From sequence record OP079919.1: a stretch of 64,000 nt of DNA, one strand, 5' to 3'. The notes under the pieces were generated by a model that made no database searches, was not told the DNA's origin, and saw nothing but the letters and a program-made list of their open reading frames with translations. The translations under genes were made by a program, and so were the position numbers. Of the stretch, positions 55,322-64,000 are shown piece by piece; within the stretch, counting starts at the first letter, position 1, and every line of letters starts with the position of its first letter.

Positions 55322-56614
55322 CTAGAAAAGTGAATCGTAAAGATTGAGTACCGTTGTTTCTACTTTAGAAACGTGGGCGTTTTTCATCTTAGTTAACATA
55401 AACCGGGTTGGGATGTTAACAACTTCACTACTTAAACGGCTGGCTGATTTACCCAAAGAAACCCCGCAACAAACCTTGCAGTGGTTATCTTCTTTTGTCT
55501 GACAGAGATAAGGAACGCGCATCTTAACCGTACTACCTATCATTTCGGTCTCATTCCCCTCCAGAACGGTCGGTTTACCATTCTTAAGGTAATATCCCCC
55601 CTTCCAGTTCTTGAGGCTGTAAGGGTCGATATAGACGTCCTCTGTATAGGTTGTTCCGCAATCGTCTTCAGCTACAACGATTCGTGAGGTTAACCGCATC
55701 AGTTCTTTAACCCCTGCGCCACCTTCACCCGTTGCCTTACCACGGTCATAGGACGCGGAAACTGCGGTATTGATGTAGTGGGTAATTTGGTCGTAATTCC
55801 AAATCTCATTAAGGGGTTGTTTTATCAGAATAAACTCACCCGTGTTAAAGTCCCTTTCCAGACCAAAGACCAGGAACATTTTCTTACGGGCGTTATCGAT
55901 AAATTTCTTATCGATGAAGAAGTCAGAAGAAGCGCCGTTCAATTGCTCTTCCATGTCGAGGTCTACGATCTGTTTGATGATGTTCGCTGCGACAATGGGG
56001 TCGTTTAACTCATGGGCGTGTTCTTTAAACAATCTCTCTCTTAGTGCAATGACCGCTTTACTTACGGTAACCGCCTGAATACTCCCGGCTTTAGTAAAGA
56101 TATCATTTAAGCCCATCAGATAGTTGGCTTGTTTAGTAAGCTTAAGACACTCGGTCACGCTTGCTTTACCGGCCGGTATCTCTTCACCCGGCTGAGGGTC
56201 ATCTACCATTAATTCGGCGATGACGTCTTCCACTAATCTACCGGTTATGAGTTTATTGTGATACGGAGTCCGGTTTTGGAATACTTCCCAGAAAAGACAT
56301 CTGTTAAGCAATAAGATCCCCATCGTTGTGGTGACGCTCCCCTCAATACTCGGGTGCCATTTATTGTCTATCACCAACTTCTCGTGTTTGTAGAATAGCG
56401 GGTAAGCGAGATCCCCTTCTATTTCTATCGTGTCCCCGTCATCGTTATAACACCAAAATCCGTTAGGGCTGCGATGAAGGAACCAGGGGGTTTTACCTAA
56501 CAGAGTCTCGTTCTTTGCATTATCAGTAAGAACAGAAAAGGTACTCAGTATCCAGAGTTTCTTTTGATACATACGTCTCTCAAAACACTGGAAGAGGTAA
56601 TCGATCTTATTCAT
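55322..56614 (-). CDS. Virion RNA polymerase beta' fragment (phiKZ gp80-like)
   Basis: TTMGILLLN, bridge-helix-like SYDRGKATGEGG, EDDCGT and Zn cluster C...CKVCCG are RpoC features distinct from the nvRNAP copy. Confidence 0.78.
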   Translation of the reverse strand: MNKIDYLFQCFERRMYQKKLWILSTFSVLTDNAKNETLLGKTPWFLHRSPNGFWCYNDDGDTIEIEGDLAYPLFYKHEKLVIDNKWHPSIEGSVTTTMGILLLNRCLFWEVFQNRTPYHNKLITGRLVEDVIAELMVDDPQPGEEIPAGKASVTECLKLTKQANYLMGLNDIFTKAGSIQAVTVSKAVIALRERLFKEHAHELNDPIVAANIIKQIVDLDMEEQLNGASSDFFIDKKFIDNARKKMFLVFGLERDFNTGEFILIKQPLNEIWNYDQITHYINTAVSASYDRGKATGEGGAGVKELMRLTSRIVVAEDDCGTTYTEDVYIDPYSLKNWKGGYYLKNGKPTVLEGNETEMIGSTVKMRVPYLCQTKEDNHCKVCCGVSLGKSASRLSSEVVNIPTRFMLTKMKNAHVSKVETTVLNLYDSLF

Positions 56615-57491
56615 TGGTTAACCCCAGCTTTTTCACTAATCCGTCAGCGTAGTACAGACTTTCCACATCAGAGAAATCTTCTCCTAAGCGAGCAGAGAGT
56701 TTATCGAGGAAACTCTCATTGGTAATCCCGCTGCACAGCATCAAACAAATGATTTCTTTAATGTATTTTTTAGGTTCAGTCTCTTTCATCTCGTTGAGTC
56801 GATCAAGATAGTACTTGTAAATAACCAACCACCCGATACCTAATTTGCCCGCGCTAACAACGTGTTCCCACGCCAACGTTCCGCGTAAGAATTCTTTATT
56901 GCCCCTGACTCGGTCGCTGACGTATTGAGGGACTTCAACGTCAGCATCAGGGTTAATCAACGACGTCCTTAAAACCTCTAACAGATGTTCAGAGACGTCA
57001 GAGATAATCATTTCGTACAGGCTGGTGTCTTCCAGATCAAGGAGCTTTTCGATCACCGCTATAAAACGATCTTTTGTTTCTAAGTCGGTCGCTTCCAAAA
57101 TAACACTCAGGGACAGAAGGTCCTCGTAACCATCAAGAATATAGGCGACGTCGATGATATTAGTAAGCAAGGGAAGATGATCTATGGTGATCTGATCTTT
57201 ATCAATCTCAACGCCAAGTTCTGTGATGATTTGAATACTATTAGCGATGAGGATATCCCTTATAGCGTTAGTCTGTTCAATGACCGTCATCCCTTCATCA
57301 ATGAGTATTTCCAGGATTTGACTTTGTACGGTTGTTTCTTCCTGACTAATCGCAATTAAATTATACGCTTTATCGAATGTATTGAAATTAAATTCGGTAA
57401 TAGATTTAGCAAAGGCCAACCAGGTTTCTCCTAACTCAGATGTCAGGATACTGGCTTCAGTGAGGTCTATTGCTCGTTTTTCAAAAATCAT
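56607..57491 (-). CDS. Conserved protein, probable virion component (phiKZ gp79 position)
   Basis: AGGGG RBS; coupled to the vRNAP subunit gene. Confidence 0.65.
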   Translation of the reverse strand: MIFEKRAIDLTEASILTSELGETWLAFAKSITEFNFNTFDKAYNLIAISQEETTVQSQILEILIDEGMTVIEQTNAIRDILIANSIQIITELGVEIDKDQITIDHLPLLTNIIDVAYILDGYEDLLSLSVILEATDLETKDRFIAVIEKLLDLEDTSLYEMIISDVSEHLLEVLRTSLINPDADVEVPQYVSDRVRGNKEFLRGTLAWEHVVSAGKLGIGWLVIYKYYLDRLNEMKETEPKKYIKEIICLMLCSGITNESFLDKLSARLGEDFSDVESLYYADGLVKKLGLTNE

Positions 57492-57534
57492 GGTTTAACC
57501 CCTGCTAAAGGTCGTGGGTAATAGGAGACATAAA

Positions 57535-58242
57535 ATGCGTAGTAGCCAGCAGAAAGCCAAGGCTAGTCACAAGAAAGCGATCAAAAATACTCACCGCAAG
57601 AAAAACTGCAGCGGAAAGAAGATCGTTTTAACTAAGAAACAGAAAGAAAGAAAAATGATTGAAACGGTCACTGCTATGGCGAAAGCCGGGGATGTCTCCA
57701 GTGTTCAATTACTGGCTGCTGCCAGCGCCAAAGCTAAGGGTGTTAAATCGGGAGAGCTTAAGACCAAGCAGCTTATCGAGCTGGTAGATGAAAATATTCA
57801 ACAGCTCATTATCTCTCACGCTCTTGTGGAAGGCATTGCCGAATGTTTAGATGAAGGGCTTATCGAAGATCCTGATAATTCCATCTCTGATAAAGTCAAG
57901 GAATGCGACGAATTGACTGTACGTTGGATGGAAGACGCTAACGCCGTTATTGCGCTCAGCCACACCGAACTCATTCCGGAAGATTACGTCGATATGGCCA
58001 TTAGTTTTATGGCCAGCACTATCGGTATCATGTCCGATAGCTACCCTCGACTCATCGAATTAACCGAAGATATGAAATCAGTCATTAATAAGAAAATGGC
58101 TGAGATCATCGATGCGGTGAAAGCTGACTATCCGGAAGCTACTGAATTCGAACAGGTCTCCAAAATTCACCAGAAACGGATGATGAAAATCATGCCGCTT
58201 TACGGGACCCCAGCGCCTGTAGAAGAAACTGAAACCGTTTAA
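57535..58242 (+). CDS. Hypothetical protein with Lys/Arg-rich N-terminus
   Basis: AGGAG RBS before ATG 57535; basic N-terminal ~40 aa then an acidic helical body. Confidence 0.75.
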   Translation: MRSSQQKAKASHKKAIKNTHRKKNCSGKKIVLTKKQKERKMIETVTAMAKAGDVSSVQLLAAASAKAKGVKSGELKTKQLIELVDENIQQLIISHALVEGIAECLDEGLIEDPDNSISDKVKECDELTVRWMEDANAVIALSHTELIPEDYVDMAISFMASTIGIMSDSYPRLIELTEDMKSVINKKMAEIIDAVKADYPEATEFEQVSKIHQKRMMKIMPLYGTPAPVEETETV

Positions 58243-58259
58243 TCATAGGACCGATATTT

Positions 58260-59876
58260 ATGTCTGAAGAAAACAACATTCCGGCCCAAGGGACGGCGCA
58301 CGACAAGAACAACCACACGATGAGTCAGTTCCAGGAACCCAAAGATCTCAAGTTGGGGGTGTTCGATCCAAAAGAAGATAATAATTTCATTAAGATCTTC
58401 TTAGGTGTTGACTCAGAAGAGTACAAGAAACTCTCTGGGCTTATCTCAAGGTGGTTGGAGTACAACTTTACCCTTAACGAGCCCAACGCCAAACCGGCCC
58501 AGATTAACGCGGTTAAAGACAAATACTTCGGGTATCTCAAAGAACAGTACCCGAACAAAACAGAAGAAGAGGTTAACGAGCTGGCTCAGTCATACTACAG
58601 CTTCGCAACCAACTTCACTGAAAATCTGTACCGCCGGAACGAAACCGTTAATGGGGCGAAAACGACTAACGTCTCTTTAAAAGCCCAGGGTATCGTCGAG
58701 GGAGACATCGTTGGCCGCGCACCAGGGTTGGGTAAAAAGCTCCCTATGCGCGATATGATGCGCCGCCATTTCCGTCGCACCACTAACGAAGCGGAAAACT
58801 TCGACGTTCTCCTGCGTAACTCATTTATTCAGTTACGTATTTCCCGCCCAACCATTCTGGAACTGGGGCGTCTGCTGGAAGACATTCAGCTCGAAGTGAA
58901 AAACTACGTTCGTCAGGTTAATGGTAACTCATTAACTCTCGCTCGTACTTCTATCGCTCGGGTTATTTGGAAATTCGTTTCTGATCGCATCGTATCCTGC
59001 TCCGTCAAAGATACCGACGATTATTACGATCTCGCTAACAACATCCTTTGGAGTGACTTTGGTGCGCTTTGCATCTCGTTACTTTCCGCATCGTCGTCCA
59101 AGGGTGTGAATTTTCAACTCGAGTGTCTTGCGAACAACTGCGACTGGGAAGAGTATCAGGTTATTGATCCTTCTCTCTTGCTTCGTCCTATTCCTGAGAA
59201 TCTTTCAGAAGAGCAGTCTATCGCTCTGGGTAATATCGTTAACGGGGTTCAGCGTTATTCCCGTGAAGAGATTACTAAGCTTCAGAATAAGACCAAGTAC
59301 GATTTCGATACCAAATTGATGTTCGACGAAGGCCGGCAGTATTTTGAAATCGCTCCTCCTACGCTGTCCGTTGCGTTTGAAACCTTCGACATGTTCGTCG
59401 ATAAAGTCATCCCTTCGATTCAGCAATTGCGCGCTAACACCATCAACGATCAGGAGTATGCCGTTGCTCTGGCTAACCTCATCCAGAGTATCGCCGGTAG
59501 CGAATACGCCCATTGGGTCAAATCCTACGTGATTAACCCGGAGAGCGGCACAGACGGCGCGCCTACTAAGTATGATCGTTTAGGTGAAGGTGGGTCTCGT
59601 GAGTTTAATGAAGGTCTCTTTGATATCCTCGATAGCGATGTTGAACTTTCCCAAGAACTCATCAAAAAGATCAACCGTATCGGTCCATCGATGACACTCA
59701 CCATCATCGGGGTGCCGAACTATCATTGCCCTCGTTGCGCAAAATCAAGTTCTGAAAGCGGTATCACTTATAAAGGCATCACCCCTATCGATCCGCTTAT
59801 GGCTTTTTTTACCCTAACCCAGTTGATGTTTATGGATCGGGTGGTGAATCTAAGCGGTCTCGACGCAACCCCTTAG
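58260..59876 (+). CDS. Conserved protein with two Cys pairs (possible Zn-binding tail/baseplate assembly factor)
   Basis: AGGA RBS; CLANNC and CPRC; 538 aa. Confidence 0.7.
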   Translation: MSEENNIPAQGTAHDKNNHTMSQFQEPKDLKLGVFDPKEDNNFIKIFLGVDSEEYKKLSGLISRWLEYNFTLNEPNAKPAQINAVKDKYFGYLKEQYPNKTEEEVNELAQSYYSFATNFTENLYRRNETVNGAKTTNVSLKAQGIVEGDIVGRAPGLGKKLPMRDMMRRHFRRTTNEAENFDVLLRNSFIQLRISRPTILELGRLLEDIQLEVKNYVRQVNGNSLTLARTSIARVIWKFVSDRIVSCSVKDTDDYYDLANNILWSDFGALCISLLSASSSKGVNFQLECLANNCDWEEYQVIDPSLLLRPIPENLSEEQSIALGNIVNGVQRYSREEITKLQNKTKYDFDTKLMFDEGRQYFEIAPPTLSVAFETFDMFVDKVIPSIQQLRANTINDQEYAVALANLIQSIAGSEYAHWVKSYVINPESGTDGAPTKYDRLGEGGSREFNEGLFDILDSDVELSQELIKKINRIGPSMTLTIIGVPNYHCPRCAKSSSESGITYKGITPIDPLMAFFTLTQLMFMDRVVNLSGLDATP

Positions 59877-59923
59877 AGCTAACTACCTTTACTAACTCGC
59901 CTGATTATCTGCAGGCGAGTAAA

Positions 59924-60313
59924 ATGTTCTTAGGGAAGTCCATTAAAACGATCACCCGCACAGAACTCAACGTCATCGATAGCAAATTAAATCGTATCGG
60001 CATGGGGTATGTGGGGCTGAGTAAAATGACTCCCTTCGATCCTATCAGTTGGGTAGAGGAAGAGCATGAGTATACTCACCCGTTCAGTCTTCAACGTCGC
60101 TTTTACGACTACGGTTATTTCCGCCTAAAAGAAATCTTTACGTTAAACGAATACTTAAACATGGAAGCTTACCTTTTGGATAAGGCGATGAAGTACATTC
60201 GTTTAGGGGCCGATTCCAGATTAAAAGATGAAATCAGGCTCAATAAAGATAAAGCTGAGCCGGAAGCCAGTGAGGTCGAAAAAGTCATGAAAAACCTATT
60301 AGGTAAAGGATAG
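59924..60313 (+). CDS. Conserved hypothetical protein (129 aa)
   Basis: Clean ORF coupled to its neighbours. Confidence 0.7.
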   Translation: MFLGKSIKTITRTELNVIDSKLNRIGMGYVGLSKMTPFDPISWVEEEHEYTHPFSLQRRFYDYGYFRLKEIFTLNEYLNMEAYLLDKAMKYIRLGADSRLKDEIRLNKDKAEPEASEVEKVMKNLLGKG

Positions 60314-60318
60314 CGATT

Positions 60319-60900
60319 ATGTCTTATTCCAAACCTTCAAGTACTTCTATCACGCCAACCAATAAGGTGATTGAAGAAACCGAAGAAGCCGTTCAGCAAC
60401 AAATCACCTTAGAAAAAGAAAATGTTCCTACCGTCGTCCTTGCCAGTGAGATGGTGGGTTCTAAAAGTAACGCAGTGACTGACGTTTTCGTAGAGGCCCT
60501 GACACGCTATAAAAACGTATTAGCCGGTAACCTTGTTCTTAACAAATCCCAGCTCAAAGAAGAGCAGGCTGCGTTTATGAACACAGTGAGTAACACGATG
60601 AATCTTGAGTTTAAAGATTACGTGTTAACCACCGATGCGTTGGTTCTTTTAATGCGTGATAACAAAGAAGCCTTCAACGAAAAGCGTCTGTACGAACTGT
60701 TTTATTATGTTCAAGCCGACTACTCTAAGAAGGCAGCTGAACGTTACATGCGTTACATGTCGGCTTTGTATACCCTGTCCCAAAACCTTCGTAACCGTTC
60801 TCGAATCGGTAAGATGGTGGACATTGTCAGTCTTTCCTCTGGCTATACAACTAAAGCCGCTACGAATATCCAGAATTACTTCAACCGTAATTACGGTTAA
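60319..60900 (+). CDS. Conserved hypothetical protein (193 aa)
   Basis: AAGGA RBS; followed by a terminator. Confidence 0.75.
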   Translation: MSYSKPSSTSITPTNKVIEETEEAVQQQITLEKENVPTVVLASEMVGSKSNAVTDVFVEALTRYKNVLAGNLVLNKSQLKEEQAAFMNTVSNTMNLEFKDYVLTTDALVLLMRDNKEAFNEKRLYELFYYVQADYSKKAAERYMRYMSALYTLSQNLRNRSRIGKMVDIVSLSSGYTTKAATNIQNYFNRNYG

Positions 60901-60943
60901 TACTACTCCTACTACTCCTACCGCCAAGGCGGTAGGAGTAGTA
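60901..60943. terminator. Bidirectional terminator with a duplicated arm
   Basis: TACTACTCCTACCGC/GCGGTAGGAGTAGTA stem preceded by a tandem copy of TACTACTCC. Confidence 0.85.
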
Positions 60944-60944
60944 T

Positions 60945-62666
60945 TTATGCTACGAGTTTATTGTAAACTTTTTCGATCTCAGTAATGGTCGGGAATCTAT
61001 GAAGTGTGGTGCAGAGACTCAACGCATTTGCTTTAGGGCTGCTGGCGTAGTTGACTCCGACTTCCCTGAATTGGAATCGGTTCAACCCTTCAATTTTACA
61101 CGCTTCCATACGTGTTGTTTTATTTGATACGTTCAGCGCCACTGTCGCCGTAGGATAAGCACCAGTAACGTCGATATCATCGGTCAAACCACGACCACGA
61201 CTTCTGATACCCGGCATGCCGATAAAGAGCGCTTTACCCATGTCCTCGTTCTTTTCAGTCTCCAACAACGCAATCCAATCTTTAAGATCTGGTTTAAGAT
61301 CATCAAGTTCATCTTTGCTTGTCGTTCCGCGAGTACCCCAAACGTAACCGTTATCTTTAGCAACAAAAGACAGTTCATCGGAAATACATTTCGGCTGACT
61401 AGGGTAGTTAAAGAATTCAGACGATTTCAAAAGCATAGGTAACGAGAGACTTAAGTCGTCCGTCTTTTCGTTAAGTTCTTCTATCGTGATGTTATCTTTG
61501 ATGTTGTATATGCAATATTCGAAGATATGATTCTTTTGCATATAACGGTGCCAGTCGGGAGAACCTGCTGGTAAGTGACTACCCGATTCGGTATAGAGTT
61601 TACCTTCTATCCCATTATCTTGAGCGGTGAATTCCAATCCATAAGAATCCTTCTTACCCTGAGGAGCACGTTTAATCGCATAGAAGGATGCCGCATCCAA
61701 CCATTGCCATGACGACATAGCTTGAACGGTAGGGAAACTTTCTTGCCACTCCAGAGGTTGTTTATCACCGTTCTCCTTGACCTTATGGGTTCTTCCTTTA
61801 TTGAACCAATAATTTTGGAATTCCTCAGGAACATTCGGGTCGCTATAAACCGCAGCCGGATCAATGTTGTAAGCGAGTAACGCTTCCTCGTTCTTCTCCA
61901 TATCGAACTTGGCGTTCCAAGACGCTATCCAATCCGGATGCCAATCGTGCCAACGTGCGACGTTACTTTCCACTACTTGAGCTTGGTTGTCGAAGAGCTC
62001 CCAAATCACAGTCGCGTTACGTCGTTTTAAAACATCTCCTAATAATCGCTCAGCTTCAGATTCTAAAGTCTCGATAATCTTCTTATCCGACATTCCATTA
62101 AAAATCCAACGAACTGCTGAGAAGTAAATCTTTTCTTTAAACGTGGTCGACGCCATAATGATAGAGTCATCATTATTGTTGATCATGTTTGTTTCTACGT
62201 CATATGCCGCCGTAGTGTAAGATTCAGTTTCTTGGTATTTCGCCTGTGTTCTAAAATAGTAGTTCTTTATGAGTACCGGAGTGGTTTGCTCACAACCGTA
62301 GACATATGGAGAGTTCTTCATAGTCAGCAGGTCGGCTTTTTTATCAGGCACGCCATAGAGGATTCGGCTGATATTCATCGCCATACGAGCACGCGTGCTT
62401 TTATAACTATCGCATAATCGTTTGTCGATGTAGTCTTTCTTATCTTTAAACTTACGGAATTTTTCTTTCGTAATATAAAAATCGACAACGAGATCAGGAA
62501 TACCTATCAGCGAATCAGATCGAGATCCGTCTTCATGGACATTGGTTATTTTAACCAGGTTATAGTCTTTTAATTTGTCGTACCGCGATGTGCTGTAAGC
62601 AACTTTTTTACATACTTTTCCAATGATAGGAGAGTCATTTTTTTCTCCTGATCCTAGTGTAATCAT
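60945..62666 (-). CDS. Family B DNA polymerase, 3'-5' exonuclease/motif A half (phiKZ gp82-like)
   Basis: Exo I YDVET, Exo II WNAKFD, Exo III YNIKD, and motif A DVTGAYPT. Confidence 0.9.
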   Translation of the reverse strand: MITLGSGEKNDSPIIGKVCKKVAYSTSRYDKLKDYNLVKITNVHEDGSRSDSLIGIPDLVVDFYITKEKFRKFKDKKDYIDKRLCDSYKSTRARMAMNISRILYGVPDKKADLLTMKNSPYVYGCEQTTPVLIKNYYFRTQAKYQETESYTTAAYDVETNMINNNDDSIIMASTTFKEKIYFSAVRWIFNGMSDKKIIETLESEAERLLGDVLKRRNATVIWELFDNQAQVVESNVARWHDWHPDWIASWNAKFDMEKNEEALLAYNIDPAAVYSDPNVPEEFQNYWFNKGRTHKVKENGDKQPLEWQESFPTVQAMSSWQWLDAASFYAIKRAPQGKKDSYGLEFTAQDNGIEGKLYTESGSHLPAGSPDWHRYMQKNHIFEYCIYNIKDNITIEELNEKTDDLSLSLPMLLKSSEFFNYPSQPKCISDELSFVAKDNGYVWGTRGTTSKDELDDLKPDLKDWIALLETEKNEDMGKALFIGMPGIRSRGRGLTDDIDVTGAYPTATVALNVSNKTTRMEACKIEGLNRFQFREVGVNYASSPKANALSLCTTLHRFPTITEIEKVYNKLVA

Positions 62667-62744
62667 GGGCTCACCACATTTTATGAATGTTGAAGTTCTC
62701 TAAACAATTACGCTTATAGTTATTTTTAACAGAGGCCTTATTAA

Positions 62745-64000
62745 ATGATTGACGTCAGTTTTCTCCGTCCTGCTAAGGTGGGTGGGATGGAGTTTATGGA
62801 TTTCCAATACACCAATTTCTTCGACGAACTCAGCAGGGCCTTTGATGACGTAATTGTCGAGGGTGAATTAAAGGAAATTCCTGATGAGGTTCTTGGGCTT
62901 GTGCGCAAGTATACCGGATTTAGCAATATCGAAATTAATTTGGTAGAGGTGGGCAATCTTGCTATTGAAGCCGGGTATTTAAATCCCAATAATGTGTTCA
63001 ATATTGAGAATATTGAAAAATATCTTCCTCGGTCTGAGTCTACTTTGTACCGTTGGTTCACCGGAAATAAACAAACGTTCTTTAAAGGTACAATAGATTA
63101 TCAAACGGGATCCGTTGGCGGTGCTTACGCCGAACTACCCTTCCGCCTATTTGTTAATTCCCGCCTTAATACGTTTTTATCCAAATCGTTCCTGGACAAG
63201 TACAAGGCTAGTCAAGGTCAGGCGTTAGCCGCTGCATTTATTCATGAGTTGGGCCACGCATTTGGCGCGATCATGATGATCCATCAATCCGTTTACGATG
63301 CCATCACCGTAAGAACAGCGGTTGATTTCTTTACTCGAGCTAAAACGCCTAAAGATCGCGTTACCGTAATAAAGGACGGTTACCGGTTACTCGACCCAGA
63401 TGCTAAATCCGATCAGAAAATCGAAAGCGAAATCGCGAACGCCGAAGACGGTAATGAATTCGTTATTTTTCTGTCCAAGATAGCCTCGCAACGTAACCTC
63501 AAACGCAGTTTAAGCTTGGGCGTCACTAAGATGAACTCTGAGGTTGTTGCGGACGCTTATTCGGTCAGAATGGGGTGCGGACGATCTCTTGCCGTGGCAA
63601 TAGGGTCAATAACTAAGAACAGTCATTTAGGTCAGCTAGTACTTACTTTGCTGTTGTCCCTCATGACTGCGTTTTACAGCGCTTCTCTTTCTCTTACCGT
63701 CGGCGGTATCATGGGCGTCGGCGCCCTAGTAGTCTTCTCCTTGCTTTTTTACATGGGTAACAATACGCCGGATGTCTATAATTCAGAACACCGTAGAATG
63801 ACCGACATTCTTACTCAGATGATCGGCAAGCTGAAAGATAATAAATTTATTTCAGCTCAAGATAAACAAAAGTACTTGGGTCAGATTATCGAAACTCAGA
63901 AACTCATTGATGAGAACAAACCCTTCATTGAGGGTTCCGTTTTCCAATCGATGTGGATGTGGTTAAAGAGCGGATCCGATGCTAAGTTAACCAATATCGA
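62745..64000 (+). CDS. Probable head/ejection protein with zincin HExxH motif and transmembrane hairpin; 3' end truncated
   Basis: Open frame from ATG 62745 (GAGG upstream) to the window end: MIDVSFLRPAKVGGME|FMDFQ..., HELGH at 63243-63257, EVVAD at 63540-63554, hydrophobic segment LVLTLLLSLM...VVFSLLFYM. Confidence 0.75.
   Translation, partial: MIDVSFLRPAKVGGMEFMDFQYTNFFDELSRAFDDVIVEGELKEIPDEVLGLVRKYTGFSNIEINLVEVGNLAIEAGYLNPNNVFNIENIEKYLPRSESTLYRWFTGNKQTFFKGTIDYQTGSVGGAYAELPFRLFVNSRLNTFLSKSFLDKYKASQGQALAAAFIHELGHAFGAIMMIHQSVYDAITVRTAVDFFTRAKTPKDRVTVIKDGYRLLDPDAKSDQKIESEIANAEDGNEFVIFLSKIASQRNLKRSLSLGVTKMNSEVVADAYSVRMGCGRSLAVAIGSITKNSHLGQLVLTLLLSLMTAFYSASLSLTVGGIMGVGALVVFSLLFYMGNNTPDVYNSEHRRMTDILTQMIGKLKDNKFISAQDKQKYLGQIIETQKLIDENKPFIEGSVFQSMWMWLKSGSDAKLTNI

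Noticed and set aside
29691-62666. Split family B polymerase and split RNAP subunits as a novelty
   Set aside because: Established features of phiKZ-like phages.
1-64000. CRISPR array, rRNA, transposase or reverse transcriptase
   Set aside because: No regularly spaced repeats or diagnostic motifs were seen by eye.

Overview
This window is a 64-kb segment of a nucleus-forming jumbo phage genome (phiKZ/SPN3US-like, Chimalliviridae). The host is probably a gammaproteobacterium (inference). In order it carries: the prohead protease (cut by the left edge); an accessory islet; tail tube and sheath; three baseplate-region genes; a large terminase with a LAGLIDADG intein; thymidylate kinase and accessory ORFs; a 1.1-kb non-coding origin-like region; a ~1.4-kb RNA locus; PhuZ tubulin; one half of the split family-B DNA polymerase; chimallin; and the conserved core block (nvRNAP subunits, SbcD-like nuclease, probable ChmC and PicA, SF2 helicase, a vRNAP beta' fragment, the polymerase exonuclease half, and a head protein cut by the right edge). 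Family names without a motif rest on synteny and size, not on a search. The most striking unexplained signal is a complete type I hammerhead ribozyme at 24673-24745. Its cleavage would create the 5' end of a ~580-nt densely base-paired RNA closed by a 10-bp end-to-end helix, lying in one apparent transcription unit with a small ORF and a second structured element just upstream of phuZ. Other highlights are a free-standing 46-aa protein ending like the redox tail of NrdA (ECEGGACKI), a class 3-type intein starting with Asn, an SSB-like DDFAEDIPF tail on the probable ChmC, and an AT-rich core flanked by alternating purine-pyrimidine inverted repeats. No CRISPR array, rRNA or convincing tRNA was seen.
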